Shown: positions 38,823 through 53,399, counted from the first letter of the stretch. The stretch is 64,000 nt of DNA from Octopus sinensis (GCF_006345805.1 NC_043006.1:88784001-88848000); one strand, 5' to 3'. Numbers and translations are program-made. The notes: generated by a model not told the origin, from the letters alone.

Positions 38823-39017
38823 TAACTAAAAAAATGTATGATAGATTGCAGTCAATTCATTCTCTCTTACCTGTTTGTGTCTGCCTTCCAAATGCTGTTT
38901 TTACTGAGATCTCCCTTTTTAGTAGAAGAAATAGCTATAACCCTTTGACTGCTATTTCTAAATTCGGTATGTGGTAAGGCAACTCGTTGCTAAACCCTTA
39001 TTGCTTAGTATTACTTA

Positions 39018-39127
<110 letters not shown>

Positions 39128-39163
39128 CACATATATATATATATATGTAGTATGTATATATAT

Positions 39164-39690
39164 CCTCTCCTTCCACGTGACCTGTGTTTCGCCAAGTCTG
39201 ACCTTTCTTTCTTGTTTCGACTACCATCCGTGCAACATCTATATTCCTTCCCTTGGCTGTCATTTCCTATGTCCCTGCCGTAAGGCTTCACTCACACACA
39301 CTCCAGCTTAATTTAATTCATCCTTAGTCGAAAGACACCTATTGTTAATGTCTTGTTGCTTGCATTTGTATTTCTGTACCATTTCTTCGTATTTTTCGTC
39401 CTTGTTTACGCATACATTCGCTTGCTTTCTTCCAAGGAATTTAGTACTCTTAGCTTAGATATTTTCTTGTGGCTGGCCAGATTGGAGCAGTTTCGAGTAT
39501 AACCAGCCGAAACTGCTGAGAAAATCTGGAACTCGACTGAGGACAGAAAACTCCGAACGACCCGTCCTTGTTTTTTCCTGTCTCTTTTTGTATCGTCTAA
39601 CTGTCTGGATGCTTTGTTGTCGCCTGTTGAGTTCTTGTTCCATTTTTTGTATTTTTTCATATATACATATAGCGGCGTACGTACATTTTC
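39164..39690 (+). mobile_element. Non-coding repeat family F3 (copy 1, permuted)
   Basis: Homologous to 43541-44280 and 42750-42925. It ends with the tagcggcg..cgtaca motif that begins the 43541 copy. Confidence 0.7.
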
Positions 39691-39702
39691 TCTGTCTCTC
39701 TC

Positions 39703-39788
<86 letters not shown>

Positions 39789-41680
39789 ATATATATATAC
39801 ATACATGTATACACATACACACAGACATACACTCACACACACATACACACACACACACGTACATATATATTTATAAACTCAAAGACATTTTCGTCCGTCA
39901 TCTTCTCCGAGCATTTTTTAAAAATCGCACCTGTAGTTTTCCGTAGCGTAAACTCGTTGTGATTCGAAAAACTTGCATTTGTGGAACTCTTGCATAGCGA
40001 ATACCTTTCCTATTTTGTATGGATGATAACAGGAAGAGTACATGATAAAAATCCACAATATTTTACTTATGCTGATTTTATTCACCCAAGAAGTATAAAA
40101 GGGTAATATTCAGCTTCATTAGGATTAGAACTCAAGTACGAATGGATATAATATAATACAACAAAGTATTTAACAGTTCTCCAAGTTTCTAGTCACTCAC
40201 CTCTGTATTTCTAATAATGATGGACTCTCCCATGAATTTCTTCCACCCATTCCCTTTTCTGGAAGGTGATGGACTCTCCTTTCGATTTCTAAATGTGATG
40301 CACCAGTTATTTGATCAATTAGACAACCAGAACATTGATTTAATGTGCAAACCGGCTGAGTATTCCACAGACACGTATACCCTTATTGTTATTCGCTGGT
40401 AGAATGGGCATGGTTCAAACCGCCGTATGCATTCTATAGTTTTCGTACATAGAAATTCTCTTATAAGGCTTCTGTTAAGGCGGTAATACAGGTATTTACC
40501 TAAGTTCCCACACTGTTGAATCGAAATCAGGATTTCGTAATTGTGAAATTCTTAACCAGCCAGCCATTCCTATGTTTCTAGTACTGCATTACATATCAAA
40601 TTGTAGTTTTATTAATGCATCTGCTGTATATAAACCAAAAGGACTGATCCACCGAAAACCTGTAATTGTGATTAGAAATGAAAATTTTTCTCTCGTCGGG
40701 TTTGGCAAGTGGGGAAAAAGTCACTCAGCTTCACCAAGAATTGAAATCAGAATGCAAAAGAACGAAACTAGAGACCATAAGGCTCACCATACTACCGCTT
40801 TCGCCATCTACCATATTTCATTACATTCATAAAAGAGTCAACATGAGAGCGACTACGCTTGCCCTTATCTACAAGAAACAGCAGTAAAATGTCCCTCAAT
40901 AATACCCTATGGTGTTGGAAAAAAAAGAACATATTGAATAATGTAACCCTATATACTACTAACTAGCCGGAACGTTTTTGATCAATGTTCCATTCGGTCG
41001 TTGTTGACCTGGGGCTAAACAACATCAACAAGAACCGCTGGAAACTTTGACTACATCAACAATAATTTCGTATATATTTACAGATAATTGTGAATGTTTA
41101 AAATGGAATTTAGGAAAAAAAGAAGGTAAAATGATCTATGATTAATGGGTGAGGGTGAATAAGGTGAACCTCTTGTTAACTTTAATAAGACTAAGATATC
41201 TTCTATGCTAGTATAGCATTACAATGATGTCTTTAATAAACCATCCATTAACATTTATACATGTGCGCGTGTCTCTGTGTGTATGCATGAGTTTATATAT
41301 ATTTCTGTATAAATATAGGACTGTATTTGTATAAAACATATAAGGATGTAGTTTTGTTTAAATATGTATAATGGCGTAAATACCAATGTATACAAATACA
41401 TATAATACATATGTGTATTGTAAATATATATAATATATATGTGTATTGTATATATAATGCATATGTGTATTGTAAATATATATAATTATATGGGTGTGTA
41501 AATATGTATGTACATCAATTCATATAATTGAGGGTAAACAAATTATACACACACATACACGAGATAATGGGAATCGATGATGAGGAAAGTATGATAAAAA
41601 TTTGGAAAAATAAAGAAGATACATATAGAAGACTCAGCATAATTGAGGGTCTCATAAGAAACATAGAAACACAGACAGAC

Positions 41681-42252
<572 letters not shown>

Positions 42253-42541
42253 GGGTGCACAGTTAGAAAAACATAGAGAGGTAAAATAAACTATACTAAC
42301 AAATAGCTGGAGGATATCAAGTGGAAATTAGCTGACATATTATGGCAATATTTAAGTAGCGTCATTTTCCTATTTGCTTATCAGTGAGTGAATATGTGTG
42401 TGTTTGCTTGCATATATGTATGTATATGTATATGAATCCATAGATGTGAATGAGTCATTATGTGGGTCTGTGTGTATGTGCATGTGTTTATTATTGTATT
42501 TCTGGTATGTTTGAAAGTGAAAACTTTTGTACATGTCTTAG

Positions 42542-42584
<43 letters not shown>

Positions 42585-42613
42585 ATTATATATATACATA
42601 CTAAGACATGTAC

Positions 42614-42677
<64 letters not shown>

Positions 42678-42749
42678 TGCATGTATGTGTTGTATATGTA
42701 TGTATGTATATATATGTATATATATAATATATATGTATATGTATATATA

Positions 42750-42925
42750 TGGTCAGATTGGAGCAATTTCGAGTATAATCAGCCGAAATTGCAAAGATAA
42801 TCTGGAACTCGACTGAGGAAAGATAACTCCGAATGACCCGTCCTTGTTTTCTTTGTATCGTCTACCTGGATGTTTTGTTGTCCTTTTTTGTATCACCTAA
42901 CTGTCTGAATGTTTTGCGTTCTGTC
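42750..42925 (+). mobile_element. Family F3, 5'-truncated copy between (TA)n tracts
   Basis: cagattggagcaatttcgag...ctgaggaaagataactccgaatgacccgtcc matches the other F3 copies. Confidence 0.7.
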
Positions 42926-42938
42926 CCATTTTGTATTT

Positions 42939-43000
<62 letters not shown>

Positions 43001-43013
<13 letters not shown>

Positions 43014-43511
43014 TGTAGTTGTGTGAGTGTCTGTCCCCTCGATTTAGATTCCTAACTCCTCCCACATTTTGCGGTGCAGTTTAACCAAATTCGGGTATCT
43101 TATAGTCGTGATTAATATCGAGCCCGTCTGGCTATAGCGCGCGTCTACGATGAGTCTACGATTTTAAAAATAATTTAACATCATTTTTTATTCCATTTTA
43201 ATGCATAATTTTTCGTGTGTCGATGGCGCCGGAGTTGGCGTCCACGCTCAAACACCTGCACCTGTGTTTGCTTCTCCCCCTTCTTCCCTCCCTCGTGAAG
43301 CTGTGGGGAAGGCAGTGTAAGGAAATCAACGTCGTAAAGCGTTGTCAAGGAGACCAGCGTTCTTTTAGAACAACGACTTCATGGCTTGAAGACACCAAAA
43401 CAGAAATGGCTAAGAAAGCCTGAATTGGCATCTATAAGGGAAGTAACTCTCTAAAAATGCTTATATAGTTATTTCCCTTACAAACCCGAGCAACGCCGGG
43501 CGATACTGCTA

Positions 43512-43512
<1 letters not shown>
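43001..43512 (+). mobile_element. Non-autonomous Helitron (long variant with internal module)
   Basis: Near-identical to 7405-7909; 3' hairpin and CTAG|T. Confidence 0.8.
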
Positions 43513-43540
<28 letters not shown>

Positions 43541-43543
<3 letters not shown>

Positions 43544-44280
43544 CGGCGAACGTACACTTTGGTCTTTTATATGTAAGTATATATTCATCTAAATCTCTAT
43601 TCTTTATTTCTTTTTTTCTTTATTTTTTTTATTCTTTCTTTCTATCAGCCCTTTCACATTTATATCGTTCATGCTACTCTTCGTTCTTTCGCTTCCCCTC
43701 TCTCACATATCTTTGCCTTCTCTTTCCCTCCTCTTTTCACTTCACTGTGTCCATGTCATTTTTTCTCGCCCCTCCTTAATTCTTCCGTCCTTCTACTTCT
43801 ACCTCTCTCTCTTCTCTCTCCACGTGACCGGTGTTCGGCCAAGCCTGATCTTTCTTTCTCGGTTCGGCCGTCGTCCGTGCAACATCTATATTCCTCCCTA
43901 TGCTTGTGAAACCCTGTATCGCTGCCGTAAGGCTTTATTTCCACACACGCCAGCTTAATTTAATTCGTCGAAAGACACCTGTTGTTATGTCCTGTTATTT
44001 GTATTTGCCCAACAATCTCCGTTTTTTTCCGTCCTTGTTTTCGTATACATTCGCTTGCTTTCTTCCAAGAAATCTAATGCTCATAGCTTAGTTTTTCCTT
44101 GGGGCTGGCCAGATTGGAGCAATCTCGAGTATCACAAGCCGAAATTGCAAAGATAATCTGGAACTCGACTGTGGAAAGAAAACTCCGAATGACCCGTCCT
44201 TGTTTTCTTTGTATCGTCTATCTGGATGTTTTGTTGTCCCTTTTTTATCACCTAACTGTCTGGATGTTTTGCGTTGCACG
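43541..44280 (+). mobile_element. Family F3, longest copy
   Basis: Starts after (TA)n; pyrimidine-rich middle; homologous to 39164-39660. Confidence 0.7.
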
Positions 44281-44984
44281 TTAATGATCATAGAACATAT
44301 AATTTTGCAATTGATATAAAGTAGAGCTACTGAAGTGTTTTGGGAGTAGATTACGGATAATGACTACAAAATATAGTTGTTTTACATAAAAGCAAAATCT
44401 CTTGTCAGAAACAGCCACATAAATGGTGTAAGGAAATTGAAGGAGAACGTTGAAACTTCCCTTCTGCGAGGTTATTTTATTCAACAGTAAAGGAAGGGGG
44501 TATTTTTTCAGAAAGAAGTATGAGTGGTACGTTCATATACTTGAAAAAGTAGAGTTAAATTAATGTACTTGCTACATGCTTACAGTGTATGACCACTCTG
44601 AAATTGACTTCAGGTAACGAAAAATGAAGACATAAAGAGTGTGACTTCAATTCACAAATACTGCTTTGAATCTTTAGCAGTTCGCAGTGAAATGATGCTG
44701 CGTAGTAAGGCAGACAAGTAATAAATCAAGAATATGCAAAAACAACTAAAAAACAGTCTAAATAAATAAATAGACAAAATTCTTTCACTTTTATAACATT
44801 CTCTAACCAAAACACCCAAACACAAGATATACACCAATACACATATAAAAAAATCTATAGAAAGTAATAATACACAATTACAACATATAAATAAAAAATA
44901 AATAAACAAAATGTGAAACCACAAAAGAATATTCACTAATGCCAATATCTGACCACATAAATTAAAAAAGTATGGAAGATTCTA

Positions 44985-45290
44985 CTTACTAAAAACTATG
45001 TACATACAACGAATTAGAGAAAAACCAGTGTAAACCATCATTTTCTCCGTTTGACGCAGGAGCTCTAGGCAAAATGCTATAGCGCATGACCATCCTTGGG
45101 ACATAAGTGATGTACATGTAAAGTTTGGTGAAAATTGGTTGAGAATTGTGGAAATGTATGCGTTAGTCAATATACACATACTGTGATATATATATACTAT
45201 ATATACATACATACATACATACATACATACATACATACATACATACATACATACATACATACAAACGATGTCGGTATGTTTACGCCCTGA
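44985..45290. mobile_element. Probable non-autonomous Helitron/DINE-like fragment with (CATA)n
   Basis: Core shared with 357-420; internal microsatellite typical of such elements. Confidence 0.4.
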
Positions 45291-45396
45291 ATAAGTATCA
45301 AGTTTAAAAAAAATTAAGTACTGAGGCCGATTCGTTCGACTAAAATTCTTCAAGGTGGTAACCCTAACATGGCCGCAGTCTAATGACTAAAACAAG

Positions 45397-45477
<81 letters not shown>

Positions 45478-45517
45478 ATATAATATATATTAATATATAT
45501 ATATAATATATATATAC

Positions 45518-45551
<34 letters not shown>

Positions 45552-46714
45552 TGCAACACCCGCTTTTCCATTCTTGCATGCATCGGACGGAATTCGTTGC
45601 GTAGATTTTGTTTGGCCAGATACCCTTCCTGTTGCCATCTCTCGCTTGTGTCCAAGTAAGGCAATATTCCCTCAAACTCAGATATGTTTTCACTGAAGGT
45701 TGTAACAAAGATCACTGCTTGCAACCCAGTGACACGCTCTTACAACTTTCAAACAAGGCTGATAATGAAACAACCAAACACACACACACACATAATTTAT
45801 GCATTTATCATGGGCGTCTTTCTCTTTCTTGTCATCTGTGATTTTACTTTTGATCTTTTCTATAAATGAAGATATTTCCTCCGTCTGGCTGCTTTTCACT
45901 CTACAAAACGGCAAGTTATATTGTGGAACAGTCATTTTAACGAGTTGTATTTATTTATCACCCGACGAGATACATCTACACTACCGGATGCTCCTGAACC
46001 AGTTGTTGAGTGTTCCATTTAAGAGGACTCGATGCTAGATGTGTCGAAACAATTGTCGTGATTAATAATAAATTTTCTTACATTCCATCTTTTGTCTTTC
46101 ATTTGCTATACATATATATATACATATAGTTCTATTCTAAGCATATTTTTGCGTGTATAGCCACAATATGAGCTTTTAATGATGTAGAATGAAATTTTAT
46201 AAAAGGAAAATCAAAGGAAATATATCCTCTTCTATAGTAACAAGGAGACGCAGCTGTATGGTTTATATTTAAAAGAAAAAAATGCGCTGGATTAGATATA
46301 AATAATAAGATTAAGTATTTATATGGTATGTAGTCTTATAAAAGTTATTTAAAATTTATGATGTAATGTATATTATTATTAACTGCGTTATCATGATTAT
46401 ATTATTAACTGTATTATGTGTGAAGCATGTCTGTGTGTTTGGAAAACTGACAAAAAAATTTTAAAAAACATTTGAAATGTAATAACTGAAATAGGAGTGA
46501 GAAATTTAAGTAACAACGCTGTGGATGACTATATGATAACGCAAAATTTATCAGCTGACAACATCGAAAGAGCAGCAGAACATATCACACGACTAATAAA
46601 CAAGATACTAAGATAACGTAATATTTTATTTGTTCACTTGGCTATTACTTATTGTATTTCACATTTGTAACTCTGTTTAAGTGTCAGTTTAAATGCGCTT
46701 TCCTATTCTTTTAG

Positions 46715-46925
46715 TTTACTCGTTTCAGTCATGAGGCTGCAGCCATGCTGGGTTGCCACTTATTAGTCGAATGAATCGACCTCAGATCTAATTTTTAAAA
46801 CCCAGGAACTTATTCTATCGGTCTCTTTTGCCGAACTGCTAGCTTACGGGGACATAAGCACTGAATACTTGTTGTCAAGTAATGGTGGGAGACAAACACA
46901 GACGCAAAGACAAGCATACACACAA
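46715..46925 (+). mobile_element. SINE-like repeat (gccatgctgg family)
   Basis: cagtcat..ctgcagccatgctggg...cttattctatcggtctcttttgccgaac...ttgtcaag, shared with 13905 and 36255. Confidence 0.65.
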
Positions 46926-47712
46926 ACATATATGGCCCACCATAGATTGACCATTGGTTTTATACCTATAAAGCGCTGAAGTGGCCAGAGGTGCATAACC
47001 TCTCTACAACTGGAGCAAGAAATACGTCTTAGTCAGTTAATTTTGTAAACCAAAACATGTGTCCCTACTGCAGGCACTAAATTTAGTCAATTCCTTCATT
47101 TAAAACGTTTCCTTCTACAAACCTAGAATTCCTCATCTGTTGAAGAGGCTCATCGCATGTCCTTCGAATATCACTACGGCCTTGGCCGATGTAAGAGGAA
47201 ATAACCCCATCCCGCTTGCAGCAAGGACAAATATGTTTTGACCTACACAACTAACTGACCGTGCCGTATCTATTCCTCCATTTGTAGAGAGGTTATGCGC
47301 CTTAGGCTTACTTGAATCTGACGAGTCACCTACACAGCTATTGCTTTATAGATGCGAAACCAATGGTCACTATGACCGGCCATAACATTTAGCTTCCGAA
47401 AAGTATATTACTGCTCTAATTCTTTAGAACGTGCTTCATTTTAAGATAAAGTGGCGACTAACAATTTATATATAGTTCATATTTCTATTTGGTTTGCAAG
47501 ATTCTTGATATGAATTCGTGTGTTGAAAAAAATACTATTGAAACTTGGGAAGAGCATTATGCCGGTAATAATAAACACACGCACTGGTTAACCAATTAAC
47601 TAACAATAGCAATAAAAACCGAACCAGTGCGTGCGTTTGTAATTACCGGCATAATGCCCTTCCCAACGTTCAAAAGAATTTACACACACACACACACACA
47701 CATACACACATA

Positions 47713-47793
<81 letters not shown>

Positions 47794-47812
47794 TACATAT
47801 ATATATATAAAA

Positions 47813-47960
47813 CAACGGGCTTCTTTCGGGTTATGTCTACCAAATCCACTCACAAGGCTTTGGTCGGTCCGAGGCTTTAGTAAAAGACAGTTGGTCAAGC
47901 AGTGGAACTGAATCCGGAGCCATGTAGTTGGAACACAAGTTTCTTACTACACAGTCACGT
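47813..47960 (-). mobile_element. tRNA-derived SINE
   Basis: Same family as 23784-23947. Confidence 0.7.
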
Positions 47961-49568
47961 CTGTGCATACAGCCACGCCTTAAGGAAAATATTGTGAAAG
48001 GAAAAGAAGAAAAAAAAACAAAGTATTGGAGTAATATTTACAATGGCACAAGGGTTCATAAAACCGACCTGATCATCGTAAACCAATTAAAGTAAACAGA
48101 ATCTCAAGTTTAGTCGATACTTTTAGCAGACTAAACTATTATAAATGACCGACTAAAAGTTACCGTTATCTCGCTACAATTCTTTTTCTCGTCAACGAAA
48201 AAATGTCAATTCTGTGACTACCTAAAGCAGCTATGGCTCACTTCTAAACTTCAATGGCATTCAAAGCTTATAATACAGCATTAAATCTAATTTCCTGCGA
48301 GCTTCGTTTTGTACTCACATGATATACTTACCAAGTGTTATGTTGACCTGATGTCAACTTTACCGATTGAGATCAGTTCGAGGCTACACCAGACCAGTTG
48401 AGATTAGGTCAGATTGGATCAGTACTGGTGCCTCCTCGCCGGCTAAAAATACCAGGAGTGGACGGGGTTAAATTTACGTCATTTATGAAATAACTTAAAA
48501 TTTCTCGATTAAAGATATAACACAACACAATAAAATATAATTCAAAATCTTCTGTTCTTTCAATTTGTCTTGATACAAAAATAAATGTAATTGCAATGAT
48601 GTAACAATGAAATATTTACTTTTTTGTTTTTCTTTCTCAAAATGCCGGAGTGTTGAAATGGCGATTTGCAGCATTTATATCTTTATTCTTCAAGTGTATT
48701 ATAGTATATTAAAATTGAAATATTTTCAAAGTTGATTTTTCTTTTACTAGGGATTATGTCATGTTTTTTTTTCTTTCTTTAGAGCAATGGATCATTTGGT
48801 TCACAGAATAATACCATGTATGTTACAAGTACTTGTTTTATTAACTGCGGAGCAATAGTAATTCAAATCAATATCTGCGAGATTCAAAGTGTTGTACCGA
48901 CTAAAGAAAAAAAAACTCGAACATTTTCTCCTTTGTTACTTTTTCCAGTAGTATTAAATATTTAAGGGATGCGAAGTACATTCAGCTGAGATTTGAAGCC
49001 AGACATCGAACGAGCCTTGAGACTATCATGTCCAATCAACAACTTTTTGCCACAACGGCCCATACATTCAATACAAAACATGTTAAAGATGACTCAAGAC
49101 GTATGGAGATGTACATATGTGTGTGTATGTATGTATATATGTATGTATGCGTGCATGTACGTGTGTGTGAGTGTGTGTGTGCGTGTGTGTGTGTGTGCGC
49201 GTGTGTGTGTGCGCGCGCGCGTGTCTGTGTGTGTATTTAATCATTTAAATCCCTCCTCTGAAGAAGGAGTTGGTTTCTAACAAAGATACAAGCTCCATCT
49301 TTAGAATGTAGATAGCGAAAACAATGTCGCATTTTAAAACTGAAAGAAGTCTTGCATAATTTTACTGCTCCTCTTACAGATTGTATTTATATGCGAACCT
49401 GTTGTTTGGTTCTGAAAACCATGTATGTATGTTCTCTTTCTATTTTAGATTTAGAGTAAATTTTGACTGGCCACCTACTTAGCACCAAGGTTGTGAAGAA
49501 AAGGATATTGTACATTATTTACATTATTTACATTCGGCGGATATTTGTCCTCATCTTGTTTGTTGTTA

Positions 49569-49612
49569 ACACAACGTTTCGGCTGATATTCTCTCCAGTC
49601 TTCTTCAGGTGT
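49569..49612 (-). ncRNA. Minimal PLE-type hammerhead ribozyme
   Basis: ACAC-CUGAAGA-A-gacugg/ucagcc-GAAAC-GUU-GUGU: intact core, 4-bp stem I, palindromic minimal stem III (AACGUU), one stem II mismatch. Adjacent to (GTT)n. Confidence 0.65.
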
Positions 49613-49660
49613 CTTGGGGAAATTCCAAACTTGGGTTCTCATTATTAAGGTATTTTTCGA

Positions 49661-49708
<48 letters not shown>

Positions 49709-50244
49709 AGGACTCTCATTAATAACCCCTAACCCTGAAATTTATCTTCTCCTCCCACTACTCCCAACTTCTTCAAATACACTTAGTTCTCCACAAAATC
49801 AGTCTATCTTTCGGGTTCTGTCTACCAAATCTTTTCTGGCAATACCTCAGATGTAAAAGACGGAGGCTGGTATTATCCAATGATGGTATCAATTTACAAT
49901 CATTATTTTGGATCACGAAGCACTCAGAAACAGCTGTTGGAATTGTAAGACCCTTATTCAACCCCTTTAATTTATAATATCATTTGTGTTCTGTGTTAGT
50001 CGGTCCTTTTTATATGTAAACATATGTATATTTTTTTGTATTAAGTGTATTTGATATTGTTTGTTTACTGAATTACCTAACTTGGCTATCCTTACATTTA
50101 CTCCTGTGTAATACATACATACATTCATGCATATATACATATATGCATACATGAATACATGCAAACATACATACATGCATACATACATTCACACATACAT
50201 ACATATATACATACATACATGCATACATATGCTGAATTGTTGAG

Positions 50245-50454
50245 AAATTGGCAGCTACTCTATTCAGATTACAAGTTCAGGTATATATACCTGTAATTAT
50301 TGGAACACTGAGATATGTAACATACTGCCTAGATACCAATCTTGAGAAATTAGGCTTCACAAAGCCAAAAAGAAAGCTTTTTCAAAGTTTACAGATCCAA
50401 TCCATCACTGAAACTGTAAAATTCTGTAAAACTTTCCAGACGTTTATCATTTAA
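50245..50454 (+). mobile_element. 3' fragment of the R4/Dong-like family
   Basis: IPVIIGTLRYVT..L..NLEKLGF...LQIQSITETVKFCKTF matches the C-terminus at 775-960. Confidence 0.65.
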
Positions 50455-51404
50455 ATATATATCAGCATATCTAGATATGCAACTATATGCATGAGAATAC
50501 ATACATAAAACAAAGCATATAAATCTGCACATATACTTACATACATACATACATACAAAAATACGCTATTGTTGATGCTGAAATTCCAATGACAGAACCT
50601 TGGATCTAGGCTACAAACTGGCTCTTCCTCTATTGGAAAGAAATCTTGAATTAAAACTGAATGATGACATGCATACATACATACATAATACATACATACA
50701 TACATACATACATACATACATACATACATACATACATACATACATACATACATACATACATACATAATACATACATACATACGCAGAGGAGGAAAAAGAG
50801 AATGGTGCACAGCCGAAAAATAACTGACTGGAAGCTGGAGAGATAGAGAATGTGGTTTTTGAAGGCAAAAAAGTGCAAAAATGGTCATTGTAGGCATGAG
50901 TGCGTGTATGTTTGTGTGTGTGTGAGAGAGAGAGAGATTTTGTATATGAGACACTTGTGTGTGGGTTGTGTATATGTGCATGTATGATTTTTTATGCATG
51001 TGTGCGGAGTGTATATGTGTATATATGCTCTTTTATGCGTGTGTGCGAAAGGGGTGGTATACGAGCAGCATGTTTGTATATTAGGGAATGTTGCGTGGGA
51101 TGGTAGTATACGTGTACGTGTGCATTTGCGTTTATGTGTGTTTGTGTGATAGTGAATCTAACTGATTAATAGCAGCATTAGGTATAGTATTAGTAGGATT
51201 TAACAGCCGACCAACGAATTAACAACACATGCTTTGTGTACGTATGTTCAATTTTGTTATTATACCTTGAGCTGCTTCTAATTCAGAGCCAAATGCAACC
51301 GAAATAATTGAAAAAATATTAACCAGCGCAAGACTATATAAATTAACAACGGAACCAAAAGTGAAAAATGCGGGCGGCCTAACTGTATCACATGACACCA
51401 CCTT

Positions 51405-51745
51405 TTGGAGGGTACAGAGTTCCACTTAAGCAAATTTCACCTGTACCTCGGAAAATCTAATCCATGCTATTACCTGCTTAAGGTGCGAAAATCGCTATAT
51501 AGACCAAACAGGAATGCGACTCCGACGAAGATCAACTCTTCACAAAGAACAAATCCTATACCCTCAATACAGACAGATACAGGTCAGTGAACACATAGAA
51601 AGTTGTGCCAGGGACCTTAATCCTAACTTCCTAATTTTACCTTTCTATCGATGTTCACAGAACACCTCAATACAGCAAAGAATAAATAAAGCGGCAACTT
51701 TAATTAATAAATATCATCCACAACTCAACATGAATACACAACATA
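51405..51745 (+). pseudogene. PLE GIY-YIG endonuclease remnant (Neptune-like)
   Basis: YIDQTGMRLRRRSTLHKEQI...VSEHIESC...PFY...LINKYHPQLN: degenerate YIG...R...H and terminal P.LN motifs. Confidence 0.7.
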
Positions 51746-52129
51746 ATACAGGACACTACTAAGATTACCAATAATACCGCTAATTTCCATACATCCCATA
51801 TACCATTCATAGTACAGTATTTATATCTACCCTAATTACACCACTTTCAGAACTTCTTACTCGCCTTCCATGTAATATTTTCACTCAGAGACTATTAGAC
51901 CCGACACCGTTTGGAAATCGGTGCTCGTTCAAAGTCAGTGGACAGCTTTTGACGATACCAGTATGACTCTGAATCTTCTTTAATAATTCATAATAATGAC
52001 TTTTATACCTCTTAATTCTACCTCCGTTCATTTAATTGCATATATATGTCGTTACTTTTCATAAAAAAGCCTTATTTTTTTAATATCCAATGTGCATTTT
52101 CTTTTTGTTTCTTTTTACTTTTCCCCTAT

Positions 52130-52302
<173 letters not shown>

Positions 52303-52305
52303 AGA

Positions 52306-52740
52306 GTTTTATCGCCACATCAATATGGCCGTTCCATATGAATCGACTTTAATAACGTTTTTAACCCCGGGAGGAAATTCCTGCAACTGGTTATCGATGC
52401 AATCTGCACCTGATATATATTGCAAGCAGGAGAGCGAACCCCTACCATCAAGAGCATTGACTGGTTGCCACTTGGTTTTCTATATATTGCGAGCTGGAGC
52501 GAATTACGGTTATTTCTAGCGGACGGGTGTTCAACACTAACGATGGGCACAAATAGCCCGCAAGCGTACAGTCTGATGATGCCATCATCTGCTAGAAGAT
52601 AGTAGGGGTTCTCTCCTCTGCTGACAATATATATCGGGTTCAGATTGCATTGATAACCAACTGGAGGCGGCTCCTCCTGGGGTTAAAAACGGTAGTAACG
52701 TCGATTCCTATGGAGCAGCCATATTGATGTGGTGGTAAAC
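52306..52740. mobile_element. MITE-like element with about 140-bp imperfect terminal inverted repeats
   Basis: 52306-52447 is the reverse complement of about 52600-52740 (gttt..ccacatcaatatgg...cgtttttaacccc.ggagga...ggttatc.atgcaatctg). Confidence 0.75.
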
Positions 52741-52952
52741 ATTACTTCTCAGTATAGTTACTACTTTCATTTCATAGACATTTCCTAACTAGCTACTTTG
52801 CTTGTTATATATATATATATATATTATATATATATATATATATATAAACGATTGAAAGTAGATGTATCCAAATGTAAGTTTGTGTGTGTTTATACATGTC
52901 TCCGAGATAGTGTATGGGACCATTTTTTTATGGCCGTCTAGAGAAAGAAGAC

Positions 52953-53013
52953 GAAGAAGAAGAAGAAGAAGAAGAAGAAGAAGAAGAAGAAGAAGAAGAA
53001 GAAGAAGAAGAAG

Positions 53014-53042
<29 letters not shown>
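52953..53042. repeat. (GAA)n microsatellite
   Basis: Seen directly; explains the poly-R and poly-F ORFs. Confidence 0.95.
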
Positions 53043-53044
<2 letters not shown>

Positions 53045-53399
53045 GATATAAACACGTGTTTGATTTTGATCTGTAAGTACGCATGTATACTCTCATATAT
53101 GTATACGTATGTATACATATATGTGCATGTATACGTATATGCATATGCGCATATGTGTGCATGGCTATGTAATAAGATATGTACAGGTGTGTGTTATCTA
53201 TTTTCTGAAGACCTGATCTCTTGGCATCAGTCATTAGAATCCATACAACAGTAAATCCATTAGACAAAATGAAGAATCGGTGAAGATTCCTACACATCTT
53301 TAAATTTCCATTAGTAGATTAACATTGAATATAAATCTCTGCTTACTAATTTTAGTTCATTCTTTAGAGACCTTCACTCCTCTGGCTTCTACCTAGTAA

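Larger units (their letters stand above)
37016..39017 (+). mobile_element. Hammerhead-containing tandem array (about 600-bp unit x 3.3), non-LTR retrozyme-like, flanked by (TA)n
   Basis: Units begin at 37016, 37621, 38222 and 38816. There is no ORF. One type I HHR spans each junction, and the array starts at the predicted cleavage nucleotide. Confidence 0.88.

Noticed and set aside
37016-39017. CRISPR array interpretation of the tandem repeats
   Set aside because: Units are about 600 bp with no repeat-spacer structure, no cas genes, and a eukaryotic context.
49256-49310. CTGAAGA-a-ggag...ctcc hairpin as a hammerhead
   Set aside because: No GAAA after stem II and no stem III or cleavage triplet.
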